A DNA stretch of 63,946 nt, counting the filler, from Lenisia limosa (lineage: Eukaryota > Protista > Breviatea): assembly GCA_001655205.1 (NCBI GenBank). It is 7 parts of 7 records of this genome, joined end to end, with 100 filler letters (N's around TTAATTAATTAA, not from the genome) between each part and the next. Parts side by side here need not be neighbours in the genome. Positions count along the whole stretch, not along the records: positions 34,890 to 57,532 come from LPNZ01004093.1; positions 57,633 to 58,718 come from LPNZ01001757.1; positions 58,819 to 63,946 come from LPNZ01009469.1; 4 more parts are not named here. One strand, written 5' to 3'. The notes below the pieces were generated by a model that ran no database searches, was not told the origin of the DNA, and saw only the letters and a list, made by a program, of their open reading frames with translations. Positions 55,701-63,946 of the stretch are shown here, piece after piece. Position numbers and translations under genes: made by a program. Position 1 is the stretch's first letter. Each line of letters opens with the position of its first letter.

Positions 55701-57532
55701 TGAGCTGAACATGTGCAGAATTACTTGAAAAAACCAGAATCAGCAAAAAACAGAATTTTGAATGGGTTCATTCCTCCAGAAATTCCGACTTGGAGGTGAT
55801 TATGTACGGCCTCGGCTCTGACGGCTCGGTTGGTGTCGCCAAGACTCTCGCTAAACTCGCTCCTTCGGTCTCTCAAGGCAAGACGTACTCCCAGGTTGGT
55901 ATTGTTGAATGTTTTCTTTTCTGTTGACACATTTAGGGCTACTTCCAATACTCCGCTGATAAGGCCAACGCATTGACCCGTTGCTACCTCAGGTGAGCCC
56001 TTTAGCTCCTGGTCAATTCACTTCTCAGGTTTGCACCATCCCCGATCAAGTCACAATACAAGGTCACTGCCCCCAACCTTGTTGTGTGCTCCAAGCTGGA
56101 CTATGTCTCAAGGTATACGGGTTGCCACTATAATAATATACAACAAGTGAACTAAATTATTTGTATATTACATGACAATCATATCCATAATAGAGACAAT
56201 TAGAAATATATTATTATATTGTATCCTGCTGCTACACTCTATTGTTACTGCATAGGTATCAGCAACGCGATTTTCAATATTTTTCAATCGTACATCACAC
56301 ACCATATTGACCAGACAGGTTCGACCTTCTCGCTGGCCTCCGTCCTGGTGGCTCAGTGCTCCTCAACGCCCACTTCACTTCCGCTGCAGAGGCCGAGGCT
56401 GAGCTTCCCATCGAATTCAGAAGGGAACTGTCCAAAATCGGCGCCAAGCTCTATGTCGTTGATGCGTCCCGTATCTGCCGTGAATCTGGAATCCCCGGAA
56501 AGGTGAGTGAACTGCCTAAGGCATTTGCCCCTCTGATGCTTCAGGTTTCCGCTGTCCTGCAACCCGCTTTCTGCTACCTGACTAATGTTATTGGTGACTC
56601 TAACTCGTGAGAGGGGTGCGTGTCAAAATCAACTTGTTGTTTGACGGTTTTGTTCTCATTAATTGCAGTACTCGCGACCAGCTGTTCCACCACGTTGAGA
56701 AGGAATATGGAGGAAGAGGAGAGAAGGTTGTCAACTCCAACAAGACATGTATGGTCAATATTGTGTTCATATCCTGCGCAACTGTGATTTTGTGTAAAGC
56801 TTCCGCCATTTGAGATATCTACAGATCCTAAATGTAATTTCTCATTTCTCCATCCATATTTAACTCTCCAGGCATTGAATTGACGCAATCGTCACTTCTC
56901 GAGATCCCGGTACCGGCGTCATGGCAAGACGACGAGGGCGAGAGCAAAGCTGAAGGCATGCATGCTCTTCAGCATGAAATGGACCCCCATATGGCCGAGG
57001 TTTGCCCAGTTGAAAAGCTGTGCATTTATTTTTTTCGCCACCTTTTGTCTTTTTTATCTTTTAGGTTGGATTACCTTCTTTCCTCGCTCGTGGTGACGAT
57101 TTGTCAGTGTCCGAACTCGGCAAGTAAGCTAAAGACTGCATCATTAATACTGTTTCATAATAATTAACATTGTTTTTAGCTTCTGTGTTGGAGGAGTTAT
57201 GCCTTGTGGAACTACCAAGTGGGAGAAGAAGCGAGTCGGCGAGGCTATTCCCATCTGGTCCAAGGACGATTGCTCACAGGTTGGCTGATCAGTAATCATC
57301 TCTATAAATGAAGCCAACTATAATTTTTTTTGCTGCAGTCTTTTTTGGGGCAGGAAGCCCATGTAGTATGTCTGGTTGCTGTTTCCGATGCTTCCATTTT
57401 GACCAATTAGTGCTCGGAGTGCTCGTGGCAATGCCCGCATTCAGCCATCCGCCCCTTCCTGCTTACTGACGCGGAATCTGAAGAGGCCAAGAAGCTGGAC
57501 ACTTACACCGACTGTAGGGGGTCTGGTAGCTA
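52737..57532 (+). CDS. PFOR: Fused-type PFOR, copy 2, with an N-terminal presequence; truncated at the linker after the first ferredoxin motif
   Basis: MLAL|SLARVSRLVQGNVLRGMASMAFASGKTPLTNRMFAKQSESDQLTAPTE|PCYLDAIDGNTAAAHVAY, IYPITPSSPMGE, SEAGAIGALHG, TASQGLLLMIPNMYKIAGE, HVAARA....ALSI, GFRLSHE, TKEPG, GINDDVTHTSL, GLGSDG, CSQCSECSWQCPHSAIRPF. Confidence 0.94.
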
Positions 57533-57632
57533 NNNNNNNNNNNNNNNNNNNNNNNNNNNNNNNNNNNNNNNNNNNNTTAATTAATTAANNNNNNNNNNNN
57601 NNNNNNNNNNNNNNNNNNNNNNNNNNNNNNNN
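57533..57632. other. Artificial scaffold linker
   Basis: 44 N + TTAATTAATTAA + 44 N. Confidence 0.95.
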
Positions 57633-57656
57633 AAACAAAGGAGCAGTGTGCAGTAC

Positions 57657-58652
57657 CTTCTCAAGGGCATTTGCAGTGAGGCCTCGCTTGTCGCCTCCAA
57701 CATTGTTATTGAGCGAAAGATACTCAATTGTGCTCGACTGGAGGGTCAATATATAGGGTCTTTTTGTTTAGAGGACGAGGTTCAATCATTCATCCAATGC
57801 CTCTGACACACGCTCAGTTGATACACCATATTGTTCTTTGCCCCCCTCACATGGCTGAGTCCCTCGAGGACAGCCTGCATTCCTTCAGCATGGAACTTGC
57901 AGTCGTCGGCAATGAAGGTGTGCAGGTTTTGGCTGAATTGCAGCTGGGCTCCTAATGGCTTTGCGAACTTCACTCCAACGTCGTTGCCGGAAACGTTCAC
58001 AATAACCTACGGGGGAGGGGGTTAATGGGAGAACGTATAAAATGCGCCTGCACTATATATATCACAGGTACGTGAAAACACAACGAGCACAAGAGAAATG
58101 AAAAGAAAAGCAGCTAACTCTTGGGATCTGGGCATTGCTGAAGAATCTCGTGAGGACTTGAGAGCAGCTTTCGCCCTTAAGGCCACAGTTGGACAGGTTG
58201 AGGTCCGTGAGGGTGGTGGTGGTGGCAAGGCCGTCCTTCAGGCGATCTTCTCCACGAGGCGTGATCTAGTGGTGAATAAAGGTTGGAATTGGATGTCAAG
58301 AAACAACAACAGCAACAACAATAAAAACAGAGCGAGGGAGAACAGGGGTTTTAAAACGATTATTATTGAAACTGACACTCAGTGTGAACCAACCTTGTTT
58401 CTTGAAAGGTCCACATGCACAATGGGGTTGGGAGAGAAGAGAATGGCGTCAATGGCACGCTCAATGTCAAGGTTGCAGTTCGAGAGAATCTGGGGAGAGT
58501 TTAATAGCAAAATTAAAACAAAAAAAAGGGGGAGTATATGTAAATGTACATGCAACAGACAAAGAAGAGATTTGGCCCCTTTACCAAAGTGTGAATGTTC
58601 TTTTTGAAAGTAGACTCCAAGAAGGTGGCCATGGCCAGGGTCCCTTCAACAC
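57657..58652 (-). CDS. RNI-like leucine-rich repeat protein, internal fragment
   Basis: Exons read LSNCNLDIERAIDAILFSPNPIVHVDLSRNK, LTDLNLSNCGLKGES, IVNVSGNDVG...NLHTFIADDCKFHAEGMQAVLEGL and YLSLNNNVGG. Confidence 0.75.
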
Positions 58653-58718
58653 CTGTGCAGGTAAACATTAGGGTGATATCAACAATTTTGGTGGTTAAAG
58701 CTCAATACTATTACTTCC

Positions 58719-58818
58719 NNNNNNNNNNNNNNNNNNNNNNNNNNNNNNNNNNNNNNNNNNNNTTAATTAATTAANNNNNNNNNNNNNNNNNNNNNNNNNN
58801 NNNNNNNNNNNNNNNNNN
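58719..58818. other. Artificial scaffold linker
   Basis: 44 N + TTAATTAATTAA + 44 N. Confidence 0.95.
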
Positions 58819-59064
58819 GCAAGTACTGGAGAATGTTAGGGTGAGGAGAGCGTTATAGGGAAATGCGAGGGGAATTACGGGGAATTGCTACGGGAATGAA
58901 GGAACCCAGTTTTATTCTTCTTGTAATACTATGATAAGGAGACACGTAATTGAGTGTGAAGAGGACAGCTATGCCCCCTTACCCTCATCCACCCATGATT
59001 TCCCCCCACCCTCCCCGACTACCTTGGCAATTCCCTGTAAGTACCCAACATTTCCATGTACTTA

Positions 59065-62000
59065 CCTTGGCAATTTCAAGGTCCCGTTGAACGACGGAAG
59101 CCTCAGACTGGGCCAAAACGTCCCTGATACTCCGGTCAGCCTGAGGGTGGAGAGTAAAATTGGAAAATTAATGAAACAAAAAGCTCAAAATCAACTCTGA
59201 CAAGGGTTGATAGCAACAAAACAAAATAAGCCCAGGCAAAAATTAAAAAAGCATCTCACTAATCAGGATCATGATGTCTCCGGCCGACACCCCCGAGCAN
59301 NNNNNNNNNGCTGTGAAAAAATAATTAGATAATTGCCCCCCACCCATTCTACGATTTCTCTAATTTGCTCCTGTTGTTCCTCGGCTTTCATTTGGGCTGC
59401 TCCGATCTCGGAATCTGAGAACAGGATTAGAATTGTTGGGTCTATAAGTAAGGATTGTTGGTGGGTACAGAGAAATAATTATATTGTTTGATAAGGAATA
59501 TTGTAGCGGAGTAAGGATTACAGGTTGGGCTTCACATTGGTCTGGAAAATACTGGTAAAATATCGATATTGTTAGCTTATATAGACATTCATTCTTGTTC
59601 TGGACTGAAGTGAAGCCCTAATTAGTCAAGTAAGGATTTTAGGGGAAGATCAGGGGTATGAACATTATGAGTCACAAGAGGATTAAAATAGGAACAGTCC
59701 AGGAAACATCTTTCAAAAGAGAACACATTAAAAAGAGTCGAAGGAATGAAAGAGTGAGAAAATACAGAATTATGGAAATATAACCGGGGGAAATAAAACG
59801 AAGAAAAAACTGCTCATAAAAAGGGTACCGTGCAGAGATTTTGATAACAGAAAAATCAGTATTTCGATCAAAAATCTACTTTTTTTTTTAAAAAAATACA
59901 AATTTTGGGTAAAAAAGCACAAGTCACCACACACAGATCTTGGTTGGAGCAGCACTACCTCATGAGTCCTCTCAGCCCGGGCCGGGTCGAAGGTATTTGA
60001 GTATGGAAAGGTTAGTCAGTGTTTGTCTTGGGATGATATAACTCACTATTTAACGGATTTGTCGTGGCGGTGGTCATCTCATCGCAATAAAAGAAACCAA
60101 TCAAGGGAAGAGGAACTGGCGTTGATGCTGCTCCCGCTTTCACGTTCAATGGACAAGTTCCTTACTGCTCCCGTTGTGATTCAATGGACAAGTTCGTCAC
60201 ATCAACCCTCATTCTGTGATATCCTCCCGTATGGTAGTATCTGTTCTGCTGCTAATTGTTTATAAAACTTAACGAATTCAACACTGCAGTTAAGACATTC
60301 CAACGGTATGTTGTACTCTGATTTTAAATGATAACTGTATATTCGCCTTCTCTGCCTGCATCCAACATTGACCGCTTGTCATCAATTTCAAAAATTCCTA
60401 AAAATATGCAACATTGGCCAGTTGCGACAATTCAACGCAAATGTGCTGTTTGCGATAAAAGACCACGATTTCAATAATTCAATGAAAAACCTTCAGACCT
60501 CGGTGCCAATAGACAGAAAGCAACNNNNNNNNNNNNNNNNNNNNNNNNNNNNNNNNNNNNNNNNNNNNNNNNNNNNNNNNNNNNNNNNNNNNNNNNNNNN
60601 NNNNNNNNNNNNNNNNNNNNNNNNNNNNNNNNNNNNNNNNNNNNNNNNNNNNNNNNNNNNNNNNNNNNNNNNNNNNATGATATCAGTATCAGTTGCTTTG
60701 ACTATTATCATCTTTAAATAATTGTATTTGGGTAGAGATCCCTTTCCACCTCATCTTGAAAATCAGGCATTCTTATCGACTTTAGTTACAACCTTATCCT
60801 TTTGAAGACTGGTTAGTAAAGGTGTAGTTGATCTACCGGTCGAATGCGGCTTCAGGGAAGCAAAATTGTGGAATAAAAGAGGGGAGAAAGAGGAAAATAA
60901 AAGTGGGAACCGAAAGAGAATAAAAATATAAAAGCGGGCAGAAAAGGGAAATAAAAATCGGTACAAGAGGGAAATAAAAGAGAGGNNNNNNNNNNNNNNN
61001 NNNNNNNNNNNNNNNNNNNNNNNNNNNNNNNNNNNNNNNNNNNNNNNNNNNNNNNNNNNNNNNNNNNNNNNNNNNNNNNNNNNNNNNNNNNNNNNNNNNN
61101 NNNNNNNNNNNNNNNNNNNGTCAGGGGAAAGGAAAGGGATTAATTATAGTATGATAAACACTGACCGCGATAATCCTGATATGATTGGCTTAATCTCCGT
61201 GATAAGTCCTGGCATGATTGACTCAAGATAAAGCTCAATATCCGTATCATGACTAGTCGCGGTCAGTGTGTCTTTGGGGGGAGGGGTTCGGTTCTCTCAT
61301 ATAACACGTGTTTAAGCCTCCTTTGGTTCATAAATATATCGTCAAATACCTACCCACTTTTGGAAGCCAGTTGATTGTGGAGGTCTGCACTTTCCGCCCT
61401 GAGGGGTCATCGTGTGAAGATCATGGAAGTTTTTTTGATGCATATTATGTGAAGGGCTTCACTTCAGTTCGAAAAAAGACTAAATGAATTTCTCGATATG
61501 TTCTTGAAAACTACCGATATTTTACTGGTCTTTTTCGAACCGAAGTGGGGCCCTAATATACGATATGTTAAGACTCCGACGCATCAGGGATATTCTTCAT
61601 GATCTTTGGTTACACCCCTTTCCCATCTCTTCCAGATCCTGAAAGTGACCTCAACATTCCCCCNNNNNNNNNNNNNNNNNNNNNNNNNNNNNNNNNNNNN
61701 NNNNNNNNNNNNNNNNNNNNNNNNNNNNNNNNNNNNNNNNNNNNNNNNNNNNNNTCCCCCCCACCCCCTTCTTGTTTTACATTCTTTGACACCCCCAACC
61801 AACAGAATTGATTGTGGGCTTTTTGTTCATTAATTTCCAATTTTACCCCCCTACTTGGCCGCAACAAGCCGCTGCGTCAGACTTTGAATTTGGTTCCTCA
61901 GTTCACTGCAGTCCACCGCTTGGTTCTCCATTGCTTGAGTCGTGGCAGTGCTGGGGGGGGGGGGGGTTNNNNNNNNNNNNNNNNNNNNNNNNNNNNNNNN

Positions 62001-63762
62001 NNNNNNNNNNNNNNNNNNNNNNNNNNNNNNNNNNNNNNNNNNNNNNNNNNNNNNNNNNNNNNNNNNNNNNNNNNNNNNNNNNNNNNNNNNNNNNNNNNNN
62101 NNNNNNNNNNNNNNNNNNNNNNNNNNNNNNNNNNNNNNNNNNNNNNNTGGTAAAGCTGGAAAAATAATGAAAAAAAGCCCAAAATCAACTCTGTTGGCTG
62201 GAAGGGGGGGAGGCGATACTATTGTGTCAGTAAGAGACTGGAGAAAAGAGTCAATGGACAAGAATCACAAAAAAAAATATTGGCAGTACTGGGAGGGGGG
62301 GTGGAAGAGTGGGCCACTTGAAAGAGAACCGACAAAATCAAATATACTACTTTTTCCACTTATAATTTGTTTACCCACAGACGCCAAATATCACCCCATT
62401 AGATGAGCCGAAATACCCCACCTTCTGAGCAACTTATCTTCAAGAAGCCTATTTTTGGCCAAAGCTCGCTCCAACTCATTCTGACAGGCTTCTTTCTGCC
62501 TCTGATACTGTTCGGACTACGGCGTNNNNNNNNNNNNNNNNNNNNNNNNNNNNNNNNNNNNNNNNNNNNNNNNNNNNNNNNNNNNNNNNNNNNNNNNNNN
62601 NNNNNNNNATAAATCCTCGATATTTTGTCAGTCTTTTGGAACCGAAAGTGCTATGTAAGGATTCCGTTCGGCCGAAAAGACCAGAAAAATAACAATAGTT
62701 CCTGAAGATTTATAAGAAATTCGGTCTTTTTTTTTGGACCGTAGGGAATCTCTAGGTATAGCGGATCAGAGCTTGGAAAGGGAGAATTCTGAATTTGAAC
62801 ATGGCAAACCTCAGTGGATTGACGGGTCAATTTCTCCTTCGCTATCTTGGCATCTTCTTCCATTTGCGCTAGTGTCACTTTCAGGGCTGTAGAAACGTGA
62901 GTCTTTTGCTCGAAATCTATTCATATTCAAAATTATTTGCTCGAAATCACGGTATTTTCATCTTCATAATTCTAGAAATCAGATGAATACTTGTTCAAAC
63001 CACGCCGTTGATGGTGACTTGTGCGAACTCACATTTATAGAGTTTTAGAAAAATGGGAGTTTTGGTGTTAATTAATAAGACTGGTTTTCATTGCACTAAA
63101 TAAATAGTTCTGTTAGTACTTCAACCAAGACAGTTTTATGATATTTTATTATATCGATATCTATTAAAAACAAGACGGTTCACAGTTCAGCCATCCCACA
63201 ATTATTGTTCCTAATGGTCTCTTGGAGGGACTTGTTTGCTTCAAGTTGCGCCTGTTGCTCATCTTGATTTTTTGCGTGTTTTAACAGTAGGAGTTCTAAA
63301 ACATCATGTCGGTGATGGTGGTGGTATGATGATGGGATTATAAGTGAACTATGCAGAAATTAGAAACACAAAGGGGACTATCCGACCAAAGCCATCCAAA
63401 CCATCACCATAGTAACACCCTACCATGAGTCTTTTGGGCTTCAGAAAGTTGAGTGGTGAGTTCACGGATCTTGTCTTTCATTTCAGTAAAACGCTTCTAA
63501 GAATGTAAAAGGAGAGAGGAGCAACAATTATGTTCAGGAACTATTTCAATACCACTTTAGAAATAGTTTAAGTGCAAAATCTAAATTTGGAGAAAATACA
63601 TAAAAGCTCATGTCGCTTCATACAATATAGTACTGTGTCCACACCATCACGCTTATAAGGAAAAAAAGTCTTCCTACCAACCTTTTCATTCTGAAGTTCA
63701 TTCCGGCTTGCGTTTTGTTCGTTCTTCAAGGCAACGAGCTCAGTATTTAGCAATTTCTTCTC
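59065..63762 (-). CDS. Long coiled-coil protein, partial (start lies beyond the window)
   Basis: Heptad-rich exons: LLNTELVALKNEQNASRNELQNEK, RFTEMKDKIRELTTQLSEAQK, LKVTLAQMEEDAKIAKEKLTRQ, EQYQRQKEACQNELERALAKNRLLEDKL, CSELRNQIQSLTQRLVAAK, DRSIRDVLAQSEASVVQRDLEIAK. Confidence 0.7.
59527..59618. mobile_element. Family A MITE (degenerate)
   Basis: GGGCTTCACATTGGTC ... GGACTGAAGTGAAGCCC|TA. Confidence 0.65.
61158..61269. mobile_element. Family C MITE
   Basis: Perfect 13-bp TIR ACACTGACCGCGA / TCGCGGTCAGTGT. Confidence 0.7.
61454..61553. mobile_element. Family A MITE
   Basis: GGGCTTCACTTCAGTTCGAAAAAAGAC ... GTCTTTTTCGAACCGAAGTGGGGCCC|TA. Further partial copies at ~767-830, ~62610-62751 and ~63872-63936. 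Confidence 0.75.
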
Positions 63763-63946
63763 AGACTAATTTTATCAATTATCATTAGCCGCGTATGGTC
63801 ATGATCCAAATTGATTTCCCCCAAAGTAGTCAGACTAACTGAGTATTGGAATCTTCTCAACCTCCCCCCACCTCCTCGATAAATCCTTGATAAATATCTA
63901 TATTTTACCGGTCTTTTAGAACCGAAAGTGAAGCTCTTCCCATTGC

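Overview
This is eukaryotic, very intron-dense DNA from an anaerobic or microaerophilic protist; the taxon cannot be fixed from sequence alone. It is a pseudo-scaffold: six 100-nt linkers (44 N + TTAATTAATTAA + 44 N) join seven unrelated pieces, so gene neighbourhoods across linkers are not real. The ORF track is mostly uninformative, so I rebuilt genes by hand from GT..AG exon chains. Genes found: a TNFR-like Cys-rich repeat protein, gamma-tubulin complex protein GCP3, a solitary 5S rRNA, two ankyrin proteins, a CPFC glutaredoxin, a hybrid-cluster protein (HCP), an Atg22-like MFS transporter, a Ufd4/TRIP12-like E3 ligase N-terminus, two tandem fused-type pyruvate:ferredoxin oxidoreductases (PFOR), an RNI-type LRR protein and a coiled-coil protein. 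Main highlights: (1) HCP and the second PFOR carry mitochondrial-type presequences hidden in tiny first exons. (2) The first PFOR lacks a presequence and has a remodelled substrate loop. (3) A dispersed repeat forms the 3' end and acceptor of introns in unrelated genes (introner-like). (4) Splice sites are flanked by G-runs and C-runs. (5) Several TA-flanked MITE families are present.
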